NCBI GenBank assembly: GCA_934096125.1 | Contig: CAKOLB010000002.1 | Coordinates: 41,293-105,292 of the forward strand | From: an uncultured Bacilli bacterium | Lineage (GTDB): Bacteria > Bacillota_I > Bacilli_A > RF39 > UBA660 | Direction: 5' to 3' | Length of the DNA stretch: 64,000 nucleotides | In this document: positions 1 through 9,688 of the stretch, in pieces | How positions within the stretch are numbered: the stretch's first letter is position 1 | Layout of the letters: every line of letters begins with the position of its first letter | Notes under the pieces: model-generated | The model's database searches: none | Told to the model about the DNA's origin: nothing | The model's input: the letters and a program-made list of their open reading frames with translations, nothing else | Position numbers and translations under genes: made by a program

Positions 1-816
1 ACAATTAACAGGCATAGAAACTGTAACTTTTAAGGCATATAAATCATTTATATCATGAAGTTCGTAACCTTTTTTCATCTTTCTATAGATACTAGCTGGA
101 CTTTTAACCCTTGTATTTACCTCAGCAGTCATTTTATTTTGCTCTAAACTAAACTCTACTCTTTCTTTCAAAATAGAAAGCTCTCTACTTGCTTTTAAAC
201 TAGCATTTTCCCTTTCCCAAAGAAGTTCTTTATACTCATCTGGTTCTAAGTACATAAAGGATAGTAATTCAAGTTCAGTTTTTATTTTATGGTTTCCAAT
301 TATACCTGCTAAAGGAGCATAGAAGTTTTTGGTTTCAAGAGCTTTTTCCTGCTGTTTAGCTAAGCTTTTATATTCTAAGGTACGCATATTGTGAAGACGG
401 TCGGCCAGTTTAATAAGCACTACCCTTGGATCTTTGACAAGACCTGTTAAAAGTTTACGAAAATTAGCATACACTGCTTCTTTTGGAGTATTAAAATTTA
501 GTTTTGATAAGTTAGTTACTCCATCAACCAAGCTGGCTATATCAGGTCCAAAATCTTTAATCATCTCATCTTTAGTATAAGGCGTATCTTCGAGCGTATC
601 ATGTAAAAGTGCTGCACACAAAGAATTTTTATCAGCATGCATTTGTGCCAGAATATAACTAACTGCGATAGGATGGGAAATATATGCTTCTCCACTATTA
701 CGAAACTGACCCTTATGAAGTGTTTTAGCAACTTTTAAAGCTTTCTTCACATGTTCTAGTTCTTCTTTATTATACTTTGCAATTTCATCAAATAGCATTT
801 CTTCTGTTATAATCAT
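1..816 (-). CDS. relA: RelA/SpoT-family (p)ppGpp synthetase/hydrolase, N-terminal HD-domain part (partial; continues beyond window start)
   Basis: Minus-strand translation from ATG at 816 reads MIITEEMLFDEIAKYNKEELEHVKKALKVAKTLHKGQFRNSGEAYISHPIAV...LLHDTLEDT...RLHNMRTLE. The HD motif and RelA/SpoT N-terminal architecture are clear. It is absent from the ORF track because it runs off the window edge. Confidence 0.8.
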   Translation of the reverse strand, partial: MIITEEMLFDEIAKYNKEELEHVKKALKVAKTLHKGQFRNSGEAYISHPIAVSYILAQMHADKNSLCAALLHDTLEDTPYTKDEMIKDFGPDIASLVDGVTNLSKLNFNTPKEAVYANFRKLLTGLVKDPRVVLIKLADRLHNMRTLEYKSLAKQQEKALETKNFYAPLAGIIGNHKIKTELELLSFMYLEPDEYKELLWERENASLKASRELSILKERVEFSLEQNKMTAEVNTRVKSPASIYRKMKKGYELHDINDLYALKVTVSMPVNC

Positions 817-903
817 AGGCCCACATCTTTCTTTTTCTATTAAAATACAAATTTAATAAGGGTTTGTCAAGAAAAAAGCAAAAAAAAGATAGGTTTTTTT
901 CAC

Positions 904-1965
904 CTAACTATTTTCCAGCTCAAGTGAGCAAATATTTTCATCAATATTAAACTTCTTATTAGCAATTATTTTCTTGTTATTTGCACAACTTACCAAAGTA
1001 TATTTATCAAATTCATACTTTCGCATAATAACTTTTTCATTTTCATCTTTATATTCACTGAGATTGCCATCCTTTATTAAATCATCCCATTTAATCTTGC
1101 TATCGGATAAAAGGTAGCTAAGTTCATAAATATTATCGACATTATATAAAACATTAAGACTAGTTATTCCATAATAATAGTAATTATTTTCTTTATCTAA
1201 ATCGGTTAAACTTTCTACATCATTTGTAACTACTTCAAAAGTATAATCATCATAAATACTACTTGGAATTATTTTGGTATCTGTTAAAGTAATTATCGTT
1301 TGTCCAGCGACTTCATCAATTTGTTCAACTCGCCCAATAACAGTTATTTCATCATAAACTCGGAAGCTACTTAAGTCAGTTGTGCTCACCACTTTAAGGC
1401 TGTAATTGGTATTAAAGTTGACGTAGCCGTTTAAACTATTTTCACTATTTGTAAATAAGGAAAGCTCAATACTTTCATTGCCAGTTATTTTGGACACTTT
1501 ACCAGCAACTTTCACAAATTTATTATCGTATTTTTGATAAGATGCATGCGGGTCATGCAAAAGCGTGTTAACATTTATCACATCTAAATCTTTATTACTA
1601 CAAGCATAACTTTTTTTATACCCATAATCAAGAACTAAACTTCCATCACAGTTATATATACGGTAGAAAAAACTATTATAAGTTTTCATCTTTGCACTAC
1701 TTTTTTCACCATAAACAAAAATTGGAACGTGCATAAATTTGTTTAGAAGAAAAGTATCGACCCCATAAGCTAAAATTATAAGTATAAGAGGTAACAGAAG
1801 AGTTAAGATGATATTATGTCTTTCCATTAAGTTAATGCTGATGACAATAATTGTGATACCTATGGCAAGCGATATAAGCCGAAAAATACTATAAATATTT
1901 ATTAGAAATGGCACTATAAAAAATGTTATTCCTATTCCTAGTAAAACTGCTATCTTCTTTTTCAT
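904..1965 (-). CDS. hypothetical membrane-anchored protein (N-terminal TM helices, Asn/Tyr-rich extracytoplasmic region)
   Basis: 353-aa ORF with hydrophobic N-terminus; no recognisable motif. Confidence 0.5.
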   Translation of the reverse strand: MKKKIAVLLGIGITFFIVPFLINIYSIFRLISLAIGITIIVISINLMERHNIILTLLLPLILIILAYGVDTFLLNKFMHVPIFVYGEKSSAKMKTYNSFFYRIYNCDGSLVLDYGYKKSYACSNKDLDVINVNTLLHDPHASYQKYDNKFVKVAGKVSKITGNESIELSLFTNSENSLNGYVNFNTNYSLKVVSTTDLSSFRVYDEITVIGRVEQIDEVAGQTIITLTDTKIIPSSIYDDYTFEVVTNDVESLTDLDKENNYYYYGITSLNVLYNVDNIYELSYLLSDSKIKWDDLIKDGNLSEYKDENEKVIMRKYEFDKYTLVSCANNKKIIANKKFNIDENICSLELENS

Positions 1966-2012
1966 GTTATACCTCTTTTCTGTCTTTATTTATATTATAC
2001 CCTACTATGCCA

Positions 2013-2040
2013 AGAAAAAAAAGTTGATTGACACCAACTT
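2013..2040 (-). terminator. rho-independent terminator downstream of hup
   Basis: Hairpin AAGTTG-ATTGACAC-CAACTT (2021-2040), followed on the minus strand by a run of U (plus-strand A-run 2014-2022). Confidence 0.55.
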
Positions 2041-2053
2041 TTCATTTTTTTGA

Positions 2054-2326
2054 CTAATTTAAAGCTTCTTTTAATTTGCTTCCAGCTTTGAATGAAGCAA
2101 CAGTCTTTTCAGGAATTTTGATTGGTTCTTTAGTTAAAGGGTTAATTCCATCTCTAGCTTCTCTTTTTTTAGCAGTAAATGTTCCAAAACCAACTAAAGC
2201 AACCTTTCCGTCTTTTTTAAGACCTGTAGTAATTCCTGTAATTGTAGCATCTAGTGCACGTGCAGCATCAGCTTTTGAAAGCCCAGCTTCTTTTGCAATA
2301 ATTTCTACTAATTCTGTTTTAGACAT
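2054..2326 (-). CDS. hup: HU-family DNA-binding protein
   Basis: 90 aa, MSKTELVEIIAKEAGLSKADAARALDA...GFGTFTAKKREARDGINP. Typical HU/IHF fold signature. Confidence 0.9.
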   Translation of the reverse strand: MSKTELVEIIAKEAGLSKADAARALDATITGITTGLKKDGKVALVGFGTFTAKKREARDGINPLTKEPIKIPEKTVASFKAGSKLKEALN

Positions 2327-2497
2327 AATCTTTACCTCCCATTATCTAAAATTCATTACCGTAAGACACTAGCCTTACATATTAAGGTTATCAAAAAATC
2401 CTTTTAAAATCAATAAAAAAAATGCGTTTATTGCAATTTTTACTATTTTTTGTCCTAACTAAGCCCATTTGGGGCAAAAACAAGGTACTTTCTTAAA

Positions 2498-2845
2498 TTA
2501 AATAGCTAGTCTATATGGGTCACTAAAGGTTCCGGAGCCACTTTTGTATAAGGCACTACTTTTTAGGTAAAACACTGGCTTTACTTGATAATCAGTATCA
2601 CTTGCCCTGGGATTGCGAGCTGTTATGTATCCTAACAAGTCTATTATATATATAGCACCAGATATAGCACCAGAATTTGTGTTTAGCGGCCAAAAATATC
2701 CGGCACTTCCCGTGATATTTCCTTTGCCACTTACAAATGATGTTTGCACACACAAGCTACTATTTGTATAAGCTCCACCTTGCGCGATAAAATAAACATA
2801 TGTTGCCCCAGTTACAAGCACTGAAACTGTCATAATCGCTACCAC
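2498..2845 (-). CDS. short (115 aa) member of the TasA/camelysin-like secreted family with SipW-cognate-type signal peptide
   Basis: N-terminus VLVTGATYVYFIAQGGAYTNSS matches the GGTFAYFSD-type SipW-cognate signal motif. The C-terminus (VKPVFYLKSS..SGSGTFSDPYRLAI) matches the C-terminal motif of the 508/515-aa paralogs (VVRPSFNL...SG.G...DPIRI). Confidence 0.6.
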   Translation of the reverse strand: MVAIMTVSVLVTGATYVYFIAQGGAYTNSSLCVQTSFVSGKGNITGSAGYFWPLNTNSGAISGAIYIIDLLGYITARNPRASDTDYQVKPVFYLKSSALYKSGSGTFSDPYRLAI

Positions 2846-2982
2846 TAGTAATATTTTTGCTTTACTAAACTTTTTTTTATAAATAATTAATACCTCACTA
2901 TTTACTACATATCTATTGTAATTAAATTACACAACAAATGTGTTCACTAGTCAATAGTTATCTATTTTCAAGTGGTATAAAG

Positions 2983-3117
2983 ATGTTGGTGAATAAAATG
3001 TATTACACGCAAAGATTAAAATGGGTGCGCGATTACAAAAATGTTACACAAAAAGAAATTGCTGATTACCTTTTAGGCTTGACGGATGTTATGAACCCTT
3101 GCCCTAAAGAAAAATAA
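2983..3117 (+). CDS. short XRE-family HTH ORF (44 aa; probably a truncated regulator), divergent from the TasA-like gene
   Basis: Translation MLVNKMYYTQRLKWVRDYKNVTQKEIADYLLGLTDVMNPCPKEK contains helix-1/2 of a Cro/C1-type HTH (..TQKEIA..L) and then stops. Not in the ORF track. Confidence 0.3.
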   Translation: MLVNKMYYTQRLKWVRDYKNVTQKEIADYLLGLTDVMNPCPKEK

Positions 3118-3119
3118 GA

Positions 3120-4280
3120 CTATAAAGAGTTTTTGATTTCTCTTTTAGTCTTATTTATTTTATTTTCAATATTAACCCTTTCAACGATACAAATCATAAA
3201 TATGGCATTAACAGTAAATGAACCTCCGTAACTTAAAAAGGGAAGTGGTACGCCGGTTAGGGGGATTAAAGCTAATACTCCTAAGAGATTGACAAGAATA
3301 TGAAGAGCAAAATACCAAAACGTTCCATAAGCTAAAATTGAGCAGCGTAAATTTTCCGAAGATTTAGCTATTTTTAAAATTCTAATTAGCATATAAGCAT
3401 AACCAAGGACGATAAAGACGCCAGTTACGAGGCCAAGTTCTTCCACGATGATGGGAAAGATAAAGTCGGTATGGGATTCTGGCAAGTATAAATACTTTTG
3501 AGTTGAATTGCCAAGGCCTACTCCGAAAAGTCCACCATTGTTCATGGCAATAAATCCATTACAAACTTGATAACCAGTTTCTTCAGTGTACCTTGAGCAT
3601 GGATTACGAAAGTTAAGTCTTCCCTTTTGCACACTACTTAAAATATCATTTCCAGAATACAAGGCTGCAACAGCTAAAACAGTGATAATAACGGCGATAA
3701 TTTTAAAAAATTTTAAGAAATTATTTTTGATGGCTGGAATACTTATAAAGGTTAGAAAAGTTATGCCAGCGATAATAGCTGCACTTCCCATGTCAGGTTG
3801 CATAAAGACAAGACCTACAACAATTCCTACTAAAACTAAAGGAATAAAATAAATATAAATATTTTTAGTTTTTTTATAATGAAGTTTATTGTAATATATA
3901 GCCATAAATATAATAATGATAGATTTGGCAAACTCACTAGGCTGGACTTTGAAATATTTCAAATCATACCAACTGACTGCTCCACCAGCAACTTTCCCAT
4001 GCACAAACAAGAAAGCAAGGGAGGCGATAAGAGCAAACATTAAAGGCCAAGAAAAAGCTGCGTAAGACCTAGTTGGAAGTCTTAAGATGATACCGAGGCC
4101 AAAAATAAGAGCCACTACTACAAATATTGCTTGTCTAATGAAAAAGAAGTATGGCTCATAGCCGTATCTAACTACTGCAGTTATACTTGAGGCACTATAA
4201 ATCATCACAAGACCTAAGACAATGTAAATAATAGTCATAATAAAAAGGGGTATATCTATTTTTGAAAATAATTTACGCAT
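3120..4280 (-). CDS. SEDS-family peptidoglycan glycosyltransferase (FtsW/RodA/SpoVE)
   Basis: 386 aa, 10 TM pattern, conserved C-terminal region GVGLGNSTQKYLYLPESHTDFIFPIIVEELG typical of FtsW/RodA. Confidence 0.85.
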   Translation of the reverse strand: MRKLFSKIDIPLFIMTIIYIVLGLVMIYSASSITAVVRYGYEPYFFFIRQAIFVVVALIFGLGIILRLPTRSYAAFSWPLMFALIASLAFLFVHGKVAGGAVSWYDLKYFKVQPSEFAKSIIIIFMAIYYNKLHYKKTKNIYIYFIPLVLVGIVVGLVFMQPDMGSAAIIAGITFLTFISIPAIKNNFLKFFKIIAVIITVLAVAALYSGNDILSSVQKGRLNFRNPCSRYTEETGYQVCNGFIAMNNGGLFGVGLGNSTQKYLYLPESHTDFIFPIIVEELGLVTGVFIVLGYAYMLIRILKIAKSSENLRCSILAYGTFWYFALHILVNLLGVLALIPLTGVPLPFLSYGGSFTVNAIFMICIVERVNIENKINKTKREIKNSL

Positions 4281-4413
4281 AACTCTACTCCTAAAAATTA
4301 TTTTATCATAAAACTCTTTTAAAAAGGTCTTTTTTTCGAAAGTTGGGTTATTTTAATGTCAAAAAATCGTCATTTATAATAAAGTATAGTAGATACGTAA
4401 AGGAGGTAAAAGT

Positions 4414-4596
4414 ATGTATTACTACGGAAATACTGGCTACTACGGTGGTGGCTATGCAGGTCAAAGTGGATGTGCCCCTACTTATGCTGGTTATACTAGT
4501 GGTTATGGTATTGGTGCTGCTATATGGATTGTCTTGTTTATTCTTTTGGTAATAATATTAGGTGCTGGCTGGAGCTGGAATAACAACAATAATTAG
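4414..4596 (+). CDS. YjcZ-like tiny Gly/Tyr-rich membrane (sporulation) protein
   Basis: 60 aa; GYYGGGYAG... followed by GIGAAIWIVLFILLVIILGAGWSW, the tiny-TM YjcZ family signature; strong RBS AAGGAGGTAAAAGT upstream. Confidence 0.55.
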   Translation: MYYYGNTGYYGGGYAGQSGCAPTYAGYTSGYGIGAAIWIVLFILLVIILGAGWSWNNNNN

Positions 4597-4607
4597 TTAT
4601 ATAAATG

Positions 4608-4630
4608 GAAGCCTTGAGGCTTCTTTTTTG
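4608..4630 (+). terminator. rho-independent terminator
   Basis: GAAGCCTTGAGGCTTC hairpin followed by TTTTTTG. Confidence 0.6.
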
Positions 4631-4675
4631 CATTTTAAGGGCTTTTTTGGTAAAATACAAAACAGGTGAGGGAAA

Positions 4676-5230
4676 ATGAAGTTACCAAATATAAAAATAT
4701 TAGATGAAAAACATAAGATACTACATCAAAAAAGTAAAGATGTAAGTTTTCCGGTTAGTGAAGAATATCGAAAACTTGCCTATGATACTTTGACTTATTT
4801 AAAGATGAGCCAAGATGAGGTTATCGCTGATAAATATGATTTGCGGGCTGGTATGGGTATGGCTTTTGTGCAAATGGGCGTGCCAATTAGAATGTTTGTG
4901 ATTGCAAATGAAAAGGATGAGAAAAATACTTTTGATGAGTATATAATAATAAATCCGAAGATTATTAGTCAAAGTGAAGAGATGGTTTATATTGGTGAGG
5001 GAGAAGGATGCTTAAGCGTGAACCGCGAGGTTGAGGGAATTGTTCCAAGGCATGCTCGAATTACCTTAGAATATTATGACTTTGAGGGAAATAAAAAAAA
5101 GATGCGAACTAGAGAAGATTTGGCAGTTGCTTTCCAACATGAAATAGACCACCTCGATGGAATACTATTTGTTGATAAAATAGATAAGAAAAATCCTTAT
5201 AAAGACCAAGATAAAATGCGGGAAATTTAA
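4676..5230 (+). CDS. def: peptide deformylase
   Basis: 184 aa with GEGEGCLSV and QHEIDHLDG motifs. Confidence 0.9.
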   Translation: MKLPNIKILDEKHKILHQKSKDVSFPVSEEYRKLAYDTLTYLKMSQDEVIADKYDLRAGMGMAFVQMGVPIRMFVIANEKDEKNTFDEYIIINPKIISQSEEMVYIGEGEGCLSVNREVEGIVPRHARITLEYYDFEGNKKKMRTREDLAVAFQHEIDHLDGILFVDKIDKKNPYKDQDKMREI

Positions 5231-5266
5231 TTGACAAAGTAGATAATGATAAGATATAATACTTGT
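5231..5266 (+). promoter_or_regulatory. sigma-A-type promoter (TTGACA-18-TATAAT) ahead of a ~150-nt leader preceding rpsD
   Basis: ttgacaaagtagataatgataagatataat seen directly; the long leader is consistent with S4 autoregulation known in Bacillus. Confidence 0.45.
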
Positions 5267-5422
5267 GCAAGTTATTTAGGCAGTGTTTTTGTTTTGAGAT
5301 AATGTGTTTAAACCAAAGTTTGGAATAAAGTACTTAGGACTGCCCTAGGAAAATTAATTTAAACTCCCTATTTTAAAATGAAGACAGATAAATATTTTGC
5401 AAATAAAATGAAAGGAGATTTT

Positions 5423-6022
5423 ATGGCAAGATATACGGGACCAGCTAATAAGAAATCTAGAAGACTTGGTTTTTCAACACTTGAAAATGGAACTGATTTA
5501 AAAAGACCATATGCACCTGGACAACATGGACAATCACGTCGTCGTAAACTTAGTGAATATGGTATTCAGTTACAAGAAAAACAAAAGGTAAGAATTCTTT
5601 ATGGATTAAACGAAAAACAATTCAGAAAAGTATTTGATAAAGCTTCTAAGATGCATGGTATTGCTGGGGAAAATTTACTTATCCTTCTTGAATCTAGACT
5701 TGATAACCTAGTTTATCGTTTAGGAATGGCAAGAACTAGAAGAAGTGCAAGACAAATTGTTAATCACGGGCATATCTTAGTTAATGGTAAAAAGGTTAAT
5801 ATTCCTTCATATACTGTTAAAGTTGGAGATGTAATTTCTGTTAAAGAAAATTCACTTAACCATCCAGCTATTAAGGATGCTTTAGAACAAAAAAAGGTTG
5901 TACCTGCTTATCTAGAAATGGATGTTAAAAGTTTATCTGGTAAGTATGTAAGATTCCCTGAAAGAAGTGAACTTAATTCAGAGATTAATGAACAACTTAT
6001 TGTTGAATTTTACAACAGATAA
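5423..6022 (+). CDS. rpsD: 30S ribosomal protein S4
   Basis: [18 protein letters not shown]... RBS AAAGGAGA 5 nt upstream. The ORF-track start at 5378 is an upstream in-frame extension. Confidence 0.9.
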   Translation: MARYTGPANKKSRRLGFSTLENGTDLKRPYAPGQHGQSRRRKLSEYGIQLQEKQKVRILYGLNEKQFRKVFDKASKMHGIAGENLLILLESRLDNLVYRLGMARTRRSARQIVNHGHILVNGKKVNIPSYTVKVGDVISVKENSLNHPAIKDALEQKKVVPAYLEMDVKSLSGKYVRFPERSELNSEINEQLIVEFYNR

Positions 6023-6026
6023 TATT

Positions 6027-6057
6027 AAAACCAAGGTGTTTAGTCTTGGTTTTTTTG
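6027..6057. terminator. bidirectional rho-independent terminator between rpsD and the convergent M16 peptidase gene
   Basis: AAAACCAAGG-tgtttagt-CTTGGTTTTTTT. Confidence 0.6.
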
Positions 6058-7323
6058 TGGTTTGAAAATAGTTATATTCTTATTATCTAAATCAATTAAA
6101 TCAATAATGCTTTCTAAATCGCTTAAAGTAATACTTTCTATTCTATCTTTCATGTCGGTTATTATTTTACCTTCATTTATTAAGTTATCTTGCAGGGAGG
6201 TATTAACTGTTTCAATATTTTCAAATTGCAATATCAAACTGGCAATACCAGCATTTCTTTTCCGAAGATAATCTTCCTTTGTTACCTTTAGATTATGAAA
6301 TGTCTTATCTATTTGCCCTACTACCTCATCAATATAGTCAGTTGAGGCTGTAACACTTAGAACTAAAAAGTCATCGTATATATCTGTGCTAGCATACATT
6401 GATGTGATTAAGTTCTTTTGCATTAAATTATCTCTTAATGTGCTTGTTCCCCCAAAATTAATGTTCATGATTAAGTTTGATAATAACTTTATTTCATAAT
6501 AAGAAATATTTGAAAATTTATTTAAGTCTAGCTTTACTTGATATTTTATCCGAGGATAGCTAATATTTAAAAACTCTTCTTCATATTCTTTGGCAACCTT
6601 TTGGGGTTCATGTTCCTTGATAATAATAGGATTTTCATATTCATTAAATGTTTTTTCCGATAATGTTTCTTCGGCTACTTTTGCCATTTCATAGGGATTA
6701 AAGTTACCAGTGATTATTAAAAACATATTTTCGGGATGATAAAATGTATCATAGACTAAATTTAAATCAGCTACAGTTATCTTTTCAATTTCTTCTTTAG
6801 TTCCAGTGATATAATCTTTATATTTCAGCTTAGAAAATATATTTGAAAGGGATTTGAAAAAGCAAATTGTATAAGGGTCATCTTGCCCCATAGCTGCTTC
6901 CTCGATTATAATTCCCCGCTCTTTATTAACAAGTTTTTTCGTAAAAAAAGGATTATAAACAAAGTCTAATAAAAGACGTAAATTTTCACATTTGTTTTCG
7001 GTTGCAAAAACAATGTATGATGTATACTTGAATGTTGTAAAAGCATTGGCATCTCCTCCTAGTTTTAGAAATTCATCATGGGCGGTGGTATTTTCATCAA
7101 TGTTAAATTTAACGTGTTCTAGATAGTGAGCTGTTCCATCTGGGACAGTAAAAGATTTCTTGCCCTTTTTAAAACTGGTATGAACTGAGCCATAACGAAC
7201 AGATAAGCTGGCATGCATACTTTTAATTTTTTCATTTATCCACATATAAACTGGCAATCCAGTCTTAGTTTTATAGTAGTATATTTTTTCATTTAAACCT
7301 ACTAAATTCAATTCTTCAAGCAT
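6040..7323 (-). CDS. M16-family zinc peptidase (catalytic subunit; HxxEH present)
   Basis: 427 aa; GTAHYLEHVKF contains the inverted zincin motif HxxEH of pitrilysin/M16. Confidence 0.75.
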   Translation of the reverse strand: MLEELNLVGLNEKIYYYKTKTGLPVYMWINEKIKSMHASLSVRYGSVHTSFKKGKKSFTVPDGTAHYLEHVKFNIDENTTAHDEFLKLGGDANAFTTFKYTSYIVFATENKCENLRLLLDFVYNPFFTKKLVNKERGIIIEEAAMGQDDPYTICFFKSLSNIFSKLKYKDYITGTKEEIEKITVADLNLVYDTFYHPENMFLIITGNFNPYEMAKVAEETLSEKTFNEYENPIIIKEHEPQKVAKEYEEEFLNISYPRIKYQVKLDLNKFSNISYYEIKLLSNLIMNINFGGTSTLRDNLMQKNLITSMYASTDIYDDFLVLSVTASTDYIDEVVGQIDKTFHNLKVTKEDYLRKRNAGIASLILQFENIETVNTSLQDNLINEGKIITDMKDRIESITLSDLESIIDLIDLDNKNITIFKPQKNQD

Positions 7324-8585
7324 TAGTTTTCCCTCCCTTCTAATACTAATATGGTGTTAAGTTTTATTTTCTTACTTATATTAACAACGTTTTCTAAAGT
7401 TACTTCTCCAAATAGTTCTTGTCTTTTTTCAACTAGCGGAAGACCGGCGTAAACATTAAAAATATAGTTATCAAGAAGGGATATTTGATTATCACAGACA
7501 AAGTCGAGAGCTATTTGCATATTCTTTTTAGCTTCTTCTAAAGCATCCTCGGTAAACTCTCCCCTTTGCATTTCTTTTAAAGACTTTTTAACTAAGCTTA
7601 TCGCTTTTTCAACATTCTTACTCTCAAGAGATACTTGAATTAAAAGAAGTTTATCATATTTTAAATACATACTACTTACGGCATAGCACATGCTATTTTT
7701 CTCCCGCAGGTTTTGATATAAAACAGAGTTTAATCCCCCACTTCCAAAGAGGTAGTTGAATACATTCATGTAAATATCACGGTCTAAGTTTTCCGTATTA
7801 TCAACATTATAAAGCATGACCAGGCTAGCTTGGACATTATCACTTTTTTCAGTATACACCTTCTCTTTTTTTACCGGCTCGTTATTAACAAGTAAATCTA
7901 GTTTTGTTTCATTAATAACGCGGAGAGAAAAGTTTTCCTTAAATAATGATACTAAATGGTCCATGTCAAAGTCCCCGATTATGAAAACGTCACAGGTAAA
8001 GTCTTTAAATAAACTTTGATATGCTTTATAAAGAGTACTAGGAGTTACTTTATCAATATCTTCATGCGAACCTAAAAGTGTATAAGAACTTGCACTTTCT
8101 CCAAGGTAACTTAAAGCCTTTCTAATACTCCACTTAGCAGGATTTTCCTTTAAACTGTCTATTTCCCTGTGAAGTTTATCTTTGATAAAGTTATATGTTT
8201 TTAAATCAAATTCTTCATTAGTAACATTTGGATTATGGATAACTTCCATTAATAATTTAATGATATTTTCTAAATAATTATCATCTTTTATATAGCTTGG
8301 ATTAATAAAATCTAGTATAAAAGAAAAATTTAAACATGTACCTGTTCTAGAAGTTTGGGCATTGATGCTTGCTAAATAAAGTTTTTCAAACTCCACCACT
8401 AAATCTTTTTTGCTTGGATATTTTTTAGTACTTTCACTTAACATATCAGCTAAAAAGGTATAAAGAGGAAGGCTTTCTCGAGTAGCCTTTTTTCGAAATA
8501 TCACTTCCATGTGAGCAGTTTTAAATTTATCAGTTTTAATCGTGTACACTTTATAGCATCCTGCTGCATAAGTTTTCTTAATCAT
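7323..8585 (-). CDS. M16-family peptidase-like protein (probable non-catalytic partner, no HxxEH)
   Basis: 420 aa, overlaps the next gene by 1 nt; M16B-like fold inferred from size and pairing (AlbE/AlbF- or YmfF/YmfH-like pair). Confidence 0.6.
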   Translation of the reverse strand: MIKKTYAAGCYKVYTIKTDKFKTAHMEVIFRKKATRESLPLYTFLADMLSESTKKYPSKKDLVVEFEKLYLASINAQTSRTGTCLNFSFILDFINPSYIKDDNYLENIIKLLMEVIHNPNVTNEEFDLKTYNFIKDKLHREIDSLKENPAKWSIRKALSYLGESASSYTLLGSHEDIDKVTPSTLYKAYQSLFKDFTCDVFIIGDFDMDHLVSLFKENFSLRVINETKLDLLVNNEPVKKEKVYTEKSDNVQASLVMLYNVDNTENLDRDIYMNVFNYLFGSGGLNSVLYQNLREKNSMCYAVSSMYLKYDKLLLIQVSLESKNVEKAISLVKKSLKEMQRGEFTEDALEEAKKNMQIALDFVCDNQISLLDNYIFNVYAGLPLVEKRQELFGEVTLENVVNISKKIKLNTILVLEGREN

Positions 8586-9685
8586 TTTTCCACCTCACCT
8601 TTAGTATGGCTTTTATTTATAATTTTATTATATTCTTTTAAGGCATAATCATCCGTCATTCCAGCGATATAATCTAGTACTATTCTTTCAGGAGTATTTT
8701 CTTTTTGGTACTTTTTAGACATATTATTTAAGTAAGAGCTTATAATTGTACTGTTTTGATTATTATTTTTAACATCTTCAAGGCAGCGATTAAATAAGTC
8801 ATTAAATAGCTTTTTTATATTTTCTTTTTCTTTTTTTGTATAAGCTTTATAATAAATATTTTCATAGTTAAAAGCTTTAAGTGTTTCAACGGCATCATAA
8901 ACATCAGAGCTTAAAGAGATATAATTTTTGCCTAGACTATTTTTTATGCAGTCATCCATGATTGTTTTGACAATTTCTTCATTACTTGTTCCTAATACTT
9001 TTTTAACAATATCTGGTATGTCATCAAAGGTAACTAAATTCATTCGCATAGCATCTTCAATATCTCGTCCTAAATAAGATATTAAATCACTAATTCGAAC
9101 TACACATCCCTCTAAAGTCATAGGGACAAGTGATTTATTTACACTTTCATCTTGATAAGATGCTAGATATTCTTCTTTAAATTTCTCTTTAGTTTTACTT
9201 TTATAGGTATACTTTTCTTTAGCTATCTCGCCATTATGGCACATAATTGCATCTAAACACTGCAGGGTAATATTTTTACCTTTGCCGTGATCTTCAAGCG
9301 TCGTTAAAATTCTAACACTTTGAATATTATGATTAAAATACCCTTCTTTATTTTTTAAAGATATTTCATTTAAAATAGTTTCTCCTACGTGACCAAAAGG
9401 AGTATGGCCAAGGTCGTGTCCTAAAGCTGCAGCTTCAATTAAATCCTCATTAAGTCCAAGACTGCGCCCGATAGTTCTAGCAATTTTACTCACATATAAA
9501 ACATGAGTCATTCTTTTCGTTAAATGGTCATTATCTTTGAAACTAAAAACTTGAGTTTTATCTAAATATCTTAGAAAAGCTAAGCTATAAAGTATTTCGT
9601 CAGTATCTTCGAAAAAGGGATTAGGGCTTAATTTTACCTTTTTAAAATATAAAGCATCTTTGTTCTTGCAAGTATATTTATTCAT
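8582..9685 (-). CDS. HD-domain dNTP triphosphohydrolase-like protein (dGTPase family)
   Basis: 367 aa; GHDLGHTPFGH HD motif and overall dgt-like organisation. Confidence 0.7.
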   Translation of the reverse strand: MNKYTCKNKDALYFKKVKLSPNPFFEDTDEILYSLAFLRYLDKTQVFSFKDNDHLTKRMTHVLYVSKIARTIGRSLGLNEDLIEAAALGHDLGHTPFGHVGETILNEISLKNKEGYFNHNIQSVRILTTLEDHGKGKNITLQCLDAIMCHNGEIAKEKYTYKSKTKEKFKEEYLASYQDESVNKSLVPMTLEGCVVRISDLISYLGRDIEDAMRMNLVTFDDIPDIVKKVLGTSNEEIVKTIMDDCIKNSLGKNYISLSSDVYDAVETLKAFNYENIYYKAYTKKEKENIKKLFNDLFNRCLEDVKNNNQNSTIISSYLNNMSKKYQKENTPERIVLDYIAGMTDDYALKEYNKIINKSHTKGEVEK

Positions 9686-9688
9686 AGA

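Noticed and set aside
2001-2015. ccctactatgccaag downstream of hup matches 14/15 nt of the ToxI repeat core (ccctactatggcaag)
   Set aside because: Single copy, no adjacent toxin gene, lies in a terminator/3' region; most likely chance similarity in AT-rich DNA, though a genome-wide search would settle it.
4343-4552. 69-aa + strand ORF overlapping the YjcZ-like gene in another frame
   Set aside because: The overlapping frame 4414-4596 has the strong RBS and the recognisable YjcZ-like sequence.
8582-9685. dGTPase-like HD protein as a stand-alone anti-phage dGTPase
   Set aside because: Embedded in a tightly coupled operon with radical-SAM and peptidase genes and no other defence hallmarks; a housekeeping dNTPase cannot be excluded, so not called as defence.
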